A stretch of DNA of 64,000 bases. Source: Chrysomallon squamiferum. Lineage: Eukaryota > Animalia > Mollusca. A program made the position numbers and the translations under genes. Under the pieces are notes generated by a model. The model worked only from the letters and a program-made list of their open reading frames with translations. It was not told the origin of the DNA and made no database searches. Position 1 is the stretch's first letter, and each line of letters begins with the position of its first letter. The stretch is from assembly GCA_012295275.1 (NCBI GenBank), contig CM022670.1, positions 5,704,001-5,768,000 of the forward strand, read 5' to 3'. Below, piece after piece: positions 36,901 to 51,488 of this stretch.

Positions 36901-39900
36901 TCTATATCTAAATTTTAAAAAATAAGAATCAACAAACAACTGGCTAAAATGAATGATTATTAATATACTACAATAATGTAAGTAATATATATGTATATAT
37001 ATACCTTCATACTGTTTCACACAGTTCAAATTTTCAAATAAGGTACAGTAGTCTGAAGTGTTTCCTGTAAAACAAGGAAAATGTATTTTCTCGAACTCAG
37101 ATAAAAAAAACTCAGATCTCACCATTAGCTGAGTACTTCATTAGTGATAGCTAACTGGTTAGAACATAACCTTTGGTATACGACATAAATAAAATATATA
37201 CAACAAAACTCTGTGGTACACAGCATAAGTAAATTGTGTCCAACGTAACACAATGGTACGCCAAATAAATTTTGGTACACAACTTAAGTAAATTGTATAC
37301 AACATAATGATACATAACGTAAGTAAAATTGTATACAACATAAGTAAAATGTATACCAGAGCTCATTGGTACACAATATAAGAAAATTGTATACAACATA
37401 GATCAGCGATACACAACAGAAGTAAAATGTATGCAATAGATCAGTGGAACATAACAAATAAAATGTATACAGCATAGCTCACTGATACACAACATAAGAA
37501 AATTGTATAGAACATAGCTCAATGATACACTACATGAGTTCATGATGTGGATAACAAGTTAACAATATACAATATGCATTAGTAATATACAGTTAAAGTT
37601 AGTGTTTTACAAAATAATTGCTACTAAGCTGAATGAAAACTAATCTGCAAAATGCTTAGGGGTCATTCCGTGTCAAATCAACCCCCCCAAAATTAATTTT
37701 ACACCCGACCTTCTCAGATCTTTATGAAACTTAGGCATCAAATCCGAAATTTTAGGCCAATCAGACCAGTGGTGTGGGAGATATAGTCAGCCCCGAATTT
37801 TGAGATTTTGGGCCAAAATGGGCGTGACCACCAATCTTTGAACCCTCATATCTCAGGAAATAGTGGGCCAATCTTCATAAAATTGGTATTGTTGAATAGG
37901 CAGTATGACAAGGATTCTAAATCTGCCATTATTTGAAGAATGTTGGGTACACTATCTTTTGACCTTTGTTCTGACCTTGGAATTGACCCTGTGGATCACG
38001 TGACCTTGAGATAACCTTTCTTTAAATTTAATCTCCCACATGTTAACTAAAATATATAAAAGTTTTAAAGGTGTAATGTTCTTTGTTTAGCAGCAATACA
38101 CACACACAAATTGCATGTCCATGAAAATAACACCTTTTCTGCCATTAACATCTGATTAGCTAAAATCTAGATGATTAATTCCTGATGCTAGGAATCACTA
38201 TCTCTCTTGATCATTGAGTAATACATTGTTGGCCTACATGCTATGATCATATGATATCAAACTACTTCCCTCGTTGCCTTCTAGCCAGAATCATTCGGTC
38301 ATCCACTTCCCCAATAGTCTTGCAATTCTTGCATCATCCTTTTTACTCAGAGAGGACATCCATTGAGAAGATGCAATACAAGATGTATCAATGACACAGA
38401 AGATGTCCCCTTTACTAGACCAATAAATGTCTTCTTCGTTTGGCCAGTGAAATAACTTAGAAGGTCCGCGAAGGTGCATAAAACGAATGAAGAAGTCGCC
38501 ATGCTCTTCTGAAATGTCCTCAACTACCCAAACCATGCCACATTGTCATACAGACAACAAATGTAGTTTTGCTTCTTGGCTCCTCTGGTAACTTTGTCAT
38601 GTCATTCTCAGAATCCTGAACAGACACTTGTTCTGGTATGTTACTCTGCAAGCTCAGCTTTTAGGCATGGAGCTAACCAGTGAAATTGCTGTGTTCTCTT
38701 GACCGTTTTAGCCACTTGAAACCTCCCTTGTAGTTCCAGCTCATGTTTTGTTATGTGTTCTGATGTGATGTTGAAAAAGTGAATACCTGGAATACTTTTG
38801 ATGCTTAAGTCCATGATAGCCTCACTGGTTAGGATTGGGTCAGTGTAAGGACACTGCAAATTGGCCTTTGTCAGCAATCTCTTCACCATCCTCCCCCCAA
38901 TTCCATCATAGACACTTTTGTCATGGCTTGTCGAAAAAAGTTCCATTCACCTTCCAACCCAAAGTGCTCTTCATGTTGGAAACCTTGACATATTGTCTTT
39001 TCAACAACACCAAGTTTCATAAAAATCAGAGACTGTCGGGTTTAATCCATTGGGTGATTTGACACGGAATGATCCTTAGCAGAAGATATAGGTAAAATAA
39101 TTCTAAAAATGATCATCAGCTGTATTGGCAAATTTAAAAACAAAATAACTTGTTTTCGGTATACTTAACTGATAAAGGTAATTTTCATAGAAAACAATAA
39201 TTTAGAAGATTTTTCTGTTACCAGGCATATAGATGTTGATACAACCACATTTGCTCTTGATGAATGACGTCAGACAGTTGAGATGACATTTCTGGTAAGT
39301 GTAGGGTTCATCTGGAGAGTAGCTGTCCATGTCAGCGCTTCCGCATGAACCAAAAGGGGGCGGTAGATCAAGATTCTAAATAAACGAACCATTAAAAAAT
39401 CCAATTATATATTACAGTTTACATTCAGCTAAAACAACAGAAGGTTTTATGAGACGTTTTCCTGCTTTTTAACATTGTGGGAGTATTATGATATTTTATC
39501 CATCGAACAAACATGTTAAAGCATGTACTCATTTCTGTGGTGTTTTAAATTTACTATAAAATGAAGACGAGATGTAACTCTATAAGACTAAATAGTTATT
39601 CACATATTTAACTTTACATTTTAGTGAGTTCAGGATTCCTAAATCTACTGAGTTCAACAAGTATTATAATTCAACAAAATCAATGTCTACTTACGTCACT
39701 TTGTTCAAGACCTATAGAAACAGACTGACCAACAGTTACTCCAGTTCCTTGTTCTTTTGCCATTGCCTCGGTTTCATTGTGGTCAGTAACAAGAACAAGA
39801 GCTCCGGCTGTAGCTTGTGGTCCTCGCATGTAATCATATTGTTCAACAAACAACGTCACATCCAGTCCGCCATCTTTGTCTGAAATTAAAACTCTGGTTA

Positions 39901-41242
39901 TTATTATTTGTTTTATTATTATTATTTAGTTCTTGTTGTTGTTGTTGTTACTGCCGCTTTTTTTATCATGGTCATAATCTCTAACTTTCCTAATGTTATT
40001 CTTACTACTATGAATTATATATTGTTTTTATTTTACAATAAATTAAGTCTTACTTGCTTTGTCCACAATCATATGTTCTGTATCAACACTGAACTGGTAA
40101 CAAATTCCCATGTTCGTAAAAACCTCTGTGAAATTTTCTGGACCACATCGTTCACCTTTCCATGTACAACTACGACAAAGAGAATAAAGATAATTTGAAA
40201 ACTGTATATGTAAACTAGAATATTACATAAAACAGTGTCAGATTTTATGTAAAACATTTTTGTATTAGGTCTTCTTTCTGAATAATACGACTAACCTGTG
40301 AATGAGTGTAGATTTCTGATGTGAAACTTTCCTGTAGAATTCCTTGACATGTTTTTCTCTGAGAAGTTTTTCGTATCTGTCAATCACTTTCTGTCTGAAC
40401 GACTGGTGTTTGTTATCGTCTGGTAGAACCTGTAAGTATCTGTCTACTGCTTCATACAACGTGGGGGAAGTTCTGGGAATGTTGGTTTCGCTAAACACCC
40501 GACTTGACCTACAAGAATAAAGAATATCTACAAGAACATTGTCTTTGGATGGATTGAGATTAATGGTACCAGTTTATGTTATCTTTTTACAAATACTATA
40601 GTAAAGTGTGTATCATTACTGAGATAAAACCGACATTTCTAAAACCAAACTAAATGAAACCCACTCTATACTGGAAGAATTTTAGCGTAAAATGAATCAT
40701 ACCAAACCAGGTATATCATGTATACTATAATAGACATGACTTGTCATAAGTATCATATTATATGATGGTCATATTGCTTTATAGCTTATCATTTTGTATC
40801 TCCTGTAACAGTATGTCCGTATTAACCTGAACATGTTCTGGTTACATATTGTTATTTTTGGAAACATCAGTTTGCCCTTGAACTTCATTTCTGTAGTAAT
40901 GGCGGATGGTCTTGACAGGAAGTAGACAACACGACCCTGAATATTCCACAGCATCCACGACGTCGCCATCAGAATTGCAAATAACCAGATTAATCTGTTA
41001 CAAAGAAAACTCAACATTAATTCGTTTAAAAGAGATGAATATTTCTGATATATAAAATAATATGTTGTTTCTAACAGAGTTGATAAATTATAAATTATTT
41101 CATATGCTAGAAGTTCGTGTGTATTCTTTACAGGTATACTTTTCCTGACATATAAACTACTCATAAATCTTCTCTGTTTTTTTCCAAGACTTATATAACT
41201 GTTTTATTATTATTACTATTATTATTATTGTTGTTGTTGTTG

Positions 41243-41309
<67 letters not shown>

Positions 41310-41401
41310 ACATACCTGCGTAGAAAGGACACCTCAGGACCGAAGATGTATTTAAACCCTGATATTCCAATATTGTTTGCTGCGTATTCTGTACGTCGCA
41401 T
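33904..41401 (-). CDS. DEG/ENaC (ASIC-like) channel paralog 3, intact, about 688 aa
   Basis: Exons 41401-41316, 40994-40827, 40508-40296, 40169-40054, 39879-39695, 39375-39222, 37064-37005, 36560-35711, 35524-35433, 35100-34993, 33938-33904 sum to 2067 nt in frame. TM1 followed by [39 protein letters not shown], thumb cysteines [21 protein letters not shown]...[18 protein letters not shown] and TM2 [23 protein letters not shown]. Confidence 0.9.
34591..34830. mobile_element. Related non-autonomous transposon fragment
   Basis: Starts GGGTCGTTCCATTACAAATCA, resembling the terminal repeat at 37660, and contains GGTCACGCCCAT, the reverse complement of ATGGGCGTGACC inside the 37.7-kb element. Confidence 0.4.
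37660..39075 (-). mobile_element. Degenerate DNA transposon (Sola2-like) in intron 6 of paralog 3
   Basis: Terminal inverted repeats GGGTCATTCCGTGTCAAATCA (37660) and TGATTTGACACGGAATGATCC (ending 39075), 4-bp target-site duplication TTAG on both sides, and broken transposase pieces (FSTSHDKSVYDGIGG..VKR..ANLQCPY..ILT at 38641-38946; FMHLRGPSKLFHWP at 38291-38536). The superfamily call is from recollection of the motif. Confidence 0.8.
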
Positions 41402-42653
41402 TCTCAAAGATTGTACTAATAAATTCTTCACCACTTACAAAAATATGTGATTCTAAACAAAATTTCTTCACAAAAATTAGTGTAATTTTTTTTCTTTTTG
41501 ATAGCACGACAAAAATCAATAAAAAATAAAACATCCGTCGCGAATACAAATAAGGAATCTCTTGGAGAATCAACAAAAAACTACGAACAAACAAACAGAC
41601 AGCAAGTTTTTAGGCGTGTTTTTGAGTAAAACAAACAAGATCAAGGTAATAATGAAAGTAATCTATAGAAAAATTGATTGTTTAAGCAATTAAAATTATA
41701 GATAAATAAAAACGTTTTCCTCTAGGAACAAATTATAATTTAAATTATCTGATTTTAATACAAACATAAACTTAATTATTCTTTACTTTATTATCTGAAA
41801 AAAATTGTTGTTGTTTTAATGGGGGTGTTTTTGATTTGTTTTCCATTGTCATGAGTTTTCTAAAGTTAACTGTTGGTTTTATATTTTATTAATTTATTTA
41901 TTCTATTTATTTCGTTATTTGTTTGTTTGTTTGTGCCTAGAAATATTTTTATTTGTAATGATTTTTTTATTTTTCTATTTTTTTTTTTTTTTGTGTTTTA
42001 TTTGATGATCTTTTTTAGTCCTTTTATTTAACAACTGTACTATTTATGCTTTCTTTAATCTAATTTGTTTACAGATAAATTACATGTATCCTGATTGCTT
42101 TTATTGTTTTGTATTTTAATAACAATGTCTAATTATGTTGTTTAAATGTTTCTTGCGTGTTAATGTTATCGTCTTTCATTGTGTGGTCTGCATCTTTTTT
42201 ATAGGCTTGCTGATAATGTTTTTGTTTCTTCATTTTTGTGTATATTAATTCGTTAAAGTTTTGTGATTAATCTCTGCAATAAGATCGTAATTATTAAATG
42301 TTTGAGTTGCTGGTTATATTTAATCAAACGTCACAACAATAAATCAGCCTTCTCAACCAAACATTTCAGATCTAATTTGATTAAATTTTAAAAATTCAGA
42401 AATATAAAAAACCAGAATAAAAACAAAATAATTTAGAGTGGTAATATTTAATATTTAGACGATGGATCTATTATGCATTAGACATATTATAAACAAAATC
42501 GTTCTTACAATCGGTTACTGGCATTACCAGTTAACTATATATATTTCATATGACGTTATGAGTTAACTAAGTATATGTCATAAGATGTATAAATAATAAT
42601 AAATATTAAAATGTTAGAAATTATAAACATTCAACCAGTGGTTTTTCAGGAAT

Positions 42654-45600
42654 CTATTGAACATTTTCCATTTCTGATGATTTCAAATCTGCAACATAAA
42701 CATAAGTAATGTTTTAAATTATTATAATAAGAAAGAAATATTCAAAGATGAATAAATAAAATGTCCAAATATATATATATTTTAAAAAGGTCCTGAAATT
42801 TGAAAAAAATTAAATAATTCAGTCTAAAACATTAATTAATTACAAGCGCATGCATGTAATCCGGCTCCATTTTTTTTTTCACGAACCTGTCACATCCGTC
42901 TTAAAAGTTCCAAACAAAATAGTTAAAATATCAAATATTTCCACCAGTGTCAGAATACTTCCACCCAGACACAAACCAATACTGCCACCTATATCACCTG
43001 TAAAAATAAATATTATCACCGGTATTAAATATAATATAACAAGACTGCTACCTATATCATCTGTAAAAATAAATACCATCACCTGTATTACATGTAATAT
43101 AACAATACTTCCACTTATATCACTTGTGATAATAAATATTATTACATGTATTACTTGCAAAACTACGTACTGTCATATGTAATATAAAAAAATACTGTTA
43201 CCTGTACCATCTATAACAAAAAATTATGTTACTTTCTTACACTTGTATTATAAACAATACTATAATCTATATCACCACAATACAGTGTTATCACATATAT
43301 CACCTGCAATATAAACAAAACTTGACCGAACAATAATGTTTATTTTAATTTCTTGACACATACGAACATTTTTTTTCTTTGTAATATAATAAAGTAAACG
43401 TGTTTTACTCACATACAAGACCCTCAGGTGAGTAAGCCGGAGATTTCTTTGATTCCAATACACCCAGATTTTTAAAGTAGATTTCCAGTTTGAGAATATT
43501 TTCGCTAAAAGTAAAATTGACAAATATTTATTCTACATGTATAAGATAATTTATATGTTGTTTAGAAAATGTCAAATATTTTCCTTTTAATATAGGTATT
43601 AAAGGACAGTAATAGATATAAAGCAATTTATCATCAAAATCCAGAGGTGTTAAAACATCATCTAGTAAGTATCAAATATTAAAATACCATCATCTATCAG
43701 GAACAAAATATTTTACTTGTAAAATTCAGGTGAGAGCTCGTCATACGTTTTCTTTCCTATCCTGGTTAAGGATGTCATCTCCAGTAAGTACCGTTTCTCT
43801 AGAGCGTTTGCTTTTTGTTTACACTTTGTAATAAATGCAGTCATTTCAGACATCGTGTTGTGCAGGTCTTCTGTTACGTTTTCTCTCAGAATAAAAACAT
43901 TCGGAGATTCTTCAGAACCATTTGTTGTTATCTGAATAATGTCCTCAGAGTGGATTAGACCAATAACAGCTTGTCTGAACTTACAAATGATATCGTCGTA
44001 CCCAAAAAAAATTTCAATCGTGGAGTCAATTTTAGAACTAATACTTACAATCCATTCGTAGCTACCTATATTTGACAAAATCGAGCCGGCCATCTTATAA
44101 TCATCAGCAAATGTGAATGAATGTTCCAGAGAAACAAATCCATCACAAACATCTTTCGCTCTTTTTACTCTGTGTATAGCATTCAGAGCAGCTTTCAAAT
44201 CAGTTTTCATCATGACCTCATCTGTCAAATTATTTTCTGATATAAACTTCTCCAGTAAGATGAGTTCATTTACAAAATTATCAGCGAGATAGGATAACTC
44301 GGTCCATTTGACTTTTAAATCGTCAATAATTATTCCCAATTCTGCCAGATCGTCTGTGATGTTAGTGTTCATCCTGTTAAGTAAACCCCAGGCTTGAATG
44401 GCCACTGCTCTGTTTACAGTAGCCAGAGACACGGAGTGGTCATCTAAAGACAGGCTCTGTTTAAACGAGTCAGAGAACTGAACGAGGGACACGGAATACA
44501 CGTAGTTAGTAGACTGACAGGGGGAGGGGCAGTTACACGTGTTGATTTGGTTTCTTCTGTAGAACAGCTCTGAAAATATTTCATACTTTTAACTGGAATT
44601 ATTTATGATTTAATGTATATTTATTACTGATTGTAAACATTTCCTTACACCCGTTAAATAATGAAATTATAATTACTCAGATTTTGAGTATTTGCCAGCT
44701 ATATTATTAATAAATAAATTCATTTCAACTGTCATCAAAAATAACTTTAAATAATGATAAAAATGTAACTTTGTTATTCACTTTCAGCCGGTTGAACACA
44801 TGTGAGAATTTCAAGTAAGGAGCAGTACCAAGCAGTTTCTCCTATAAGAAAAACAATGTTAAAAGTTATGTCAACAACATAGTAGTCTCATAAACAAGAA
44901 AAAACATATTAAAGTAATTATATAAATAACAATGTTGTTTCTGCTTCAAGAAAAAGAAATATTAAGACTTATTTAAATAACAAAGTAGTTTTGTAACAGC
45001 ATGATTTAGTTGACTGGTTTAGGAATTGTTTTATCGGTTGGTTGTTTCTTGTTTTTTATTACACTTAGATAATTTGTTGGCTAGATGATTTTATTTTCCG
45101 TATTCAGGATTTTACTTAAAGTAACTTTACAAACTTGTCATTAAATCAAAAGTGATCACCAAAAATAACTACGTATTAATCTCTCTAATTCTATTTTGTG
45201 AAAGTAGTATGTTTTACCAGGCATGTAGATGTTGACACAGCCACATTTTGTCTTGATGAATGACGTCAGACAGTTGAGATGACATTTCTGGTAAGTGTAG
45301 GGCTCATCTTTAGGGTAGATGTCCAGTTCGGAGGCTCCACACGAACTATACGGCATAGGTAAGTCCATAACCTATGTAACATGTAAGTTTAAGTTTGATA
45401 CATAATCCCGGGAATAAGCCAATTCGATCAATTGCTCCCTGATGGGTTTTGCGTCCAAGAGGACCCGCGTTATGGGAATCTATCTCTGATCTAGTCATTC
45501 AAAACTGCCTTTTAATAAATGTTTGTCACAAACCGATATAGATGAGTAAGCTTATGTCTGACTTGATTTCTTTATGACAGATAATAGATATGAGTCCAAC

Positions 45601-48326
45601 GTTAAGAATAGTACGAGTTGTTTTCACTAAACTCATTTCACTAGATGGGGTAAATGACTGTATGACAGTCTTGAAGTTTAGGTCTACAAAGCCCAAATCA
45701 TTTTATTTCACTGACTATTATAATGCGATTGTATTTGTTGTTTGTTTGTTTTGTTTTTGTTGTTTGTTTTTGTTGGGTTTTTTTCTTCTTCTTCTTTTTC
45801 TTCTTCTTCTTTTTTCTAGGGGTTGCGGCTGTGGAGTTAATGCCTAAGCACACTTTAGTTTGTTAAGTCAATCATTTTTCTTTACCATCGATGTCCTTAC
45901 AAAATACAGTGATCATCCAATTTTCAGTTCTTTCTTCTAATTTAAGGAAAATAAGTCGAAATATTTTATTAAGTGAAAAACAAAACAAACATTTAACACT
46001 GGTAAGTCATCTGATGGAAGGAAGAAAACTGACCTGATAAACTAAAGTGAGCGAACTGAGGGCCAAAATAATAATTATGAATCGTAACAAAATATTCTGA
46101 AAAACATATTTTGATAAGGCATAGACCCAACTCCATGACTGCTAATTATACAATAAAAGAAACTGTTTTAATAAGACTATGGCATTTTACAATAAAGATA
46201 CTATATATACTAAAGAAAAACCTTTGACAGGTTATGAATGTAGTGTATTTAAAAAAAAAAAAAGTAATAATAATAATAATAAATATTTATTTACGTCACT
46301 CTGTTGAAGACCTATTGAAACAGAATGACCAACGGTCACTCCAATTCCTTGGTCTTTTGCCAATGCCTCGGTTTCATTGTGGTCAGTAAAAAGAACAAGA
46401 GCTCCAGCTGTAGTTTGTGGTCCTCGCATGTAATCATATTGTTCAACAAACAACGTCACTTCCAGTCCGCCATCTTTGTCTGAAATGAATCATTCACTTA
46501 CTTTTCTAACCTAGAGATCTTTAGAATTGTTTACAGCAGAACTTCTTTAAACACTGTTTAAGATCCAAACTACCTTCTTTGAAACGAAGCAACTTTTAAA
46601 TATATATATATATTTCCTTATTTGTTTAGTTTGTTTTATTCTTGTGGGGATATTTTTTGGGAGTATCTACTATGACGGTAATTCTCTGTAACATCATTAT
46701 ACAAAAAAAAGCCAGTCTTACTTGCTTTGTCAACAGTCATAAATTCTGTGTCGAGACTGAACTGGTAACAAATTCCCATGTTGGTAAAAACCTCTGTGAA
46801 GTTTTCTGGACCACATCGTTGGCCTTTCCATGTACAACTACAACAAAAAGAAACTCACAAAACACACACACACGTCTAAATAACTTTCTAAAGTTAAGTT
46901 TGTAACGTGTGTGTGTGTGTGTGTCAACAGCCATAAAACCTCAAGACACAAAAAATATATATGCTGCATTTGTATCAAACTACATACCTGTGAATTAGTG
47001 CAGTTTTCTGATGTGAAACTTTCCTGTAGAATTCCTTGACATGTTTTTCTCTGAGAAGTTTTTCGTATTTGTCAATCACTTTCTGTCTGAGTGACTGATA
47101 TTTGTTATCGTCTGGTAGAACCTGTAAGTATCTGTCTACTGCTTCGTACAAGGTGGGAGATTTGTGTGGTGTTTCTGACTCTTCAAACACTCTGCTAGAT
47201 CTGTCAGAAAATTATTTGTGTTTAGTTTATCTAGTTTATTGAAAGAAAAAAAAATAGAGTTTCAGAAAACCTGACAGAAAATGTTTGGGTTTTGTTTATT
47301 TACTAGATCAGACATAAAAATATTTCTATTTTGTTTTTCTACTAAATCTGACAGAAAAATGTTTGTGTTTAGACTACCTACTAGATCTGTCAGAAAATAT
47401 TTGTGTTTACTTTGTCTACTAGATTTTATATTTAAAAAATGTTTAGTTTAACTACTACATCTGACAAACAAAATAAAAAAATGTGACAGAACAATGATTA
47501 TGTTTAGTTTATCTACTAAAAATGACGAAACACACAGGAAGAGGTTTGAGGAAACAATAATGATGTTTTGTTTACCTACAACATCAGTAGGAAAAAAATT
47601 TTAGTTTATCTACTAGATCTGTCAGAAAAATACAACAAGAATGGACTATTAAAGAAAAATAGGCTGTGTTAGTGTAGCATCTACAAATTCTTTAAACATA
47701 TTTTAATTCATTGGATATTTTATTTGAGAAATCAGACACAAATATTTAAATTACTTAATATTTACCTGAAAATATTCTGATTATATGTGTTTTTGTTAAT
47801 TGTTAATAATCATCATTTAAAATCAGATTTCAAAATATATTTTAAAACATTCAGTTGTAAATATCAAAATCGTTCGCACCTGAACATGTTCTGGTTACAT
47901 ATTGTTATTTTTGGAAACATCAGCTTGTCCTTGAACTTCATTTCTGTAGTAATGGCAGATGGTCTGGACAGGAAGTAGACAACACGACCCTGAATATTCC
48001 ACAACATCCAAGCAGTTGCCATCACAATACAGATCAACCAGATAAGTCTACCGGAGAACATTGTGTAAATAATAGTAGACGGAATGCGAACTATTTATGT
48101 AAATAAACAGGTACATACACACATACATCGATAGTTATAATTTATATTTAACATCCAGTGTGTATAAAAAAAGAAGAAAAAAATGCATAAATTGTAATGT
48201 ATAAGAATAACAGAATAATAGATAATATAGATTATCTTACCTCCGAAAAAAAGAAACATCCGGACCCAAGACATACTTGATACCAGAAATACCAATGCTG
48301 TTAGCCGCATATTCAGAGGTTCGCAT
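42654..48326 (-). CDS. DEG/ENaC (ASIC-like) channel paralog 4, intact, about 690 aa
   Basis: Exons 48326-48241, 48047-47880, 47200-46988, 46837-46722, 46479-46295, 45371-45218, 44841-44782, 44569-43717, 43504-43413, 42997-42887, 42688-42654 sum to 2073 nt in frame, with the same motifs and intron phases as paralog 3. Confidence 0.9.
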
Positions 48327-49281
48327 ATTTTGTACAAGATTTGAGATCTCCACCAGAACAAATTTACAAACGCTCGTATGGTTTCTAACTTTTTATACGT
48401 TCTTCCTCGTTATCTGATTCAAGCAAATAAATAAATAAATATTGATGTTCATTACAAAGTAAAATTATATGGTCGATTTATGCTTTTCGAAAATAAAATA
48501 ATATCTAAAATAAACAGAAAGTAACTTAATGTGCACACAGTTAAGATCGTGTTTCTCTAATTTGTAAATATAATTAAAGATAAAATAATCACATTTCAGA
48601 ATAATTGAAATCTAAAACTACTATTCTTCACCGTTTTACATGAACTCAAGAAGAAGTCCGATTATCAAATTTACACTGTTTGTGTTCATATTCATTTTCT
48701 GTTTATTTTGTATACATTTTGTGTGAACACGTGTTGTTCACATTTATACTAAATATACTTGGATTGGAGAAGAACTCCAGTAGAGAAACGGTAAACTGAT
48801 ACAGAAACAAACTCATTGGTTATCAGTTTAGCTTTTTTTTCTCGATCAAAGGAACAAATGGTTTCTACGTAAATAACAGAAAGTAATTGATTTTACTTTT
48901 ACACATTAGTTATATATGATGTAAGAAAGCAATGTAAAGTTCAAAAAGAAGGAATTAATTTTAAAAAAATTATTTTAATTGTATTATACGTATGATAAGT
49001 TCAATATACTTGTTACTGATAAACAATGAAGTCTAAATTTGTAAACATTTGTCTGGACAAACTGTTATAACAAAATACTAGTAAAATAATGTAAATATAT
49101 GTAAATTATTTGCTCTGTCTCTGGAACTGTTTAAGTGTTTAATATGAAGTTTGCTTAGATTCCTGTACACATATAACAATATAGGTCCTGTGACAGGTGA
49201 GAAAACAAATCGTAGATTATGTATTTTATCAAGGTCAGGGTCAACACAAGAAATTGTATTTATAAGAATTATACTTCTTTT

Positions 49282-49320
<39 letters not shown>

Positions 49321-49596
49321 TTGATATTTAAGTATCCAACTTGGATCAGTCTGCAGTCGAGTTATGACATTTTGTTCAATTTGGTCAGAGTTTGATGATG
49401 TTTACCTTGGAAACGATAGAACACTCGTGTTTAATTTTTCAGCTTCATCGTGTTCCAGAATACAAAATTTTATTTTAATCTAACACTTAAAATTAACTTG
49501 CAATAAATGACCGAAAATTGGTACTTCAGCTATCAGTTAGTTGTTTTTATAAAGTTGGGTGTTTGTTTGAAAAATAAAGTAAAAATGTTTTACTCA

Positions 49597-51488
49597 CACA
49601 CAAGACCCTCAGGTGAGTACGCTGGAGATTTCTTAGATTCCAGACACCCAGATTTTTAAAATAGATTTTGAGAAGATTTTCACTGAAAGTAAAACTGATA
49701 AATACAGTTCCAACGTTTGAATTAATTTTTTTTTTTTAAACAAGAGCTAGTTAATATATAGTAATATGAATTCGACCTATGAACTGTTGGAGTTAACATA
49801 GTTTATTTGCTAACAGTTTGTTGATACTGAGAGTTAGAGGATCTTTCAGTGAACGAGCACCGAGTTCAGAGCTGAGTAATGAACACAACACTGATAACTC
49901 TGTGCGGACAATTCATGGCTTATGTCACTTGTATATCTTTAATTCAGTAAAACTGTTTTAAAAGTTTAGTAACTATGTTTTATGAGAAAATTACTGTGTA
50001 AATATATTAGGCTACTTTACATTGAAAACAAACACAGAAATTAACTTCTAGTGAAATAAAATAATTTATCTGAAAATCACCGATGTAATCGTCTTGTAGC
50101 TTTCTTTACCTATTTCTTTTAAAATATCTATCTTGTTCTTGTAAAAGTGTTTAAAAAATTTCACAAATTCTTAGATTTTCATTATAGAGTTTAGTTCAGA
50201 CACCAGATAGTGCAGGACTTGTGTCCTCTTTTCTCGCAGCAAAGAAACATTATGAAACTGTGTTAAGACCGTTGTCATATGGAAAACCTTTTCGAAATAT
50301 TTGTGATGTGAATCAGATAAACGGCAGTTTTTCTGAACTTGAAAAATAATGTCGTATTGCTTCAGAGACCTGTCACCTACAGACTTAATACAGAAAAAGG
50401 CAGAACCTAGCCAGTATAGAGTATTTTTTTTTTGTAAGTGAGCCTACTAATTTGTAATATTTTGTATTTTTAAACCTCCTCACGAGAAAGTATCGTCGCA
50501 CAAATCTATTTCAGTATACAGTATTTTCACAATATCAAAAAACTTGATTTATATTCATATTTGTCACCACCTTACTTGTTAAATTGGATTTAGATAGAAA
50601 AGTGTTATTTCAGTGAGAAATTCATAAAATGTGTATTTTCAATGTGTATTTCCAGTTCTGCCAGATCGTCTGTGATGCTACTGTTCATCTTGTTAAGTAA
50701 GCCCCAGGCTTGAATTGCCACTGCTCTGTTTACAGTGGCCAGAGACTGTGTGCAGCATTTCCCATTTCTTCATGAGATATAGTGACCCTTGTCAAGTTGT
50801 TACCTGAAACAAAAGTCTTCAATATTTTCACTTTCTCAATGAAGTTGATTGTCGACGAATACAGACTGGTCTATCGTTTCTCCTATTCGTTTATCGTTAT
50901 TCCCAGTTCTGCCAGATCGTCTGTGATGCTAGTGTCCATCTTGTTAAGTAAACCCCAGGTTTGAATCGCCATTGTTCTGTTTGACCACAGACACGGAGTG
51001 GTCATCTAAAGACAGACTGACTAAACGAGTCAGAGAATTGAACGAAGAACACGGAATACACGTAGTTAGTAGACTGACAGGGGGAGGGGCAGTTACACGA
51101 TTTTATTTGGTTTCTTCTGTAGAGAAGCTCTGAAAATATTTCATACTTTCTATTAACTGTAATTATTTATATTATCACTCCTGGGAATATTTAAATGTCA
51201 ACTTTTGACTCTGAATATATTTAATGTTACTAATAACTGAAAATATTTTCATCTAAGCAATAACTGAAAATATTAATATGTTTCAATAATTCTCTGATTC
51301 GTTGTTCTGAAAAATAATTAGTAAAAGTTACTGTTTCTTTAATCTAAAATTCAGGAAACAATTTCTTATTATCTCTATTGCATACATGCGTTTACATACG
51401 ATCTGGTGAAAGATATTTTCTTTCTTTACCTTTGTTAGAGATAACGCATTGTAAGTTTTCTAGCAGTGAGCACTAACAGACGTTCTGC
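49597..51488 (-). pseudogene. DEG/ENaC paralog 5, truncated chimeric pseudogene (exons 7-9 only)
   Basis: Exon 7 remnant about 51488-51430, exon 8 remnant 51129 to about 50090 with an internal duplication and frameshifts, exon 9 remnant about 49683-49597 with a deletion; no exons 1-6 or TM2 found. Confidence 0.85.
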
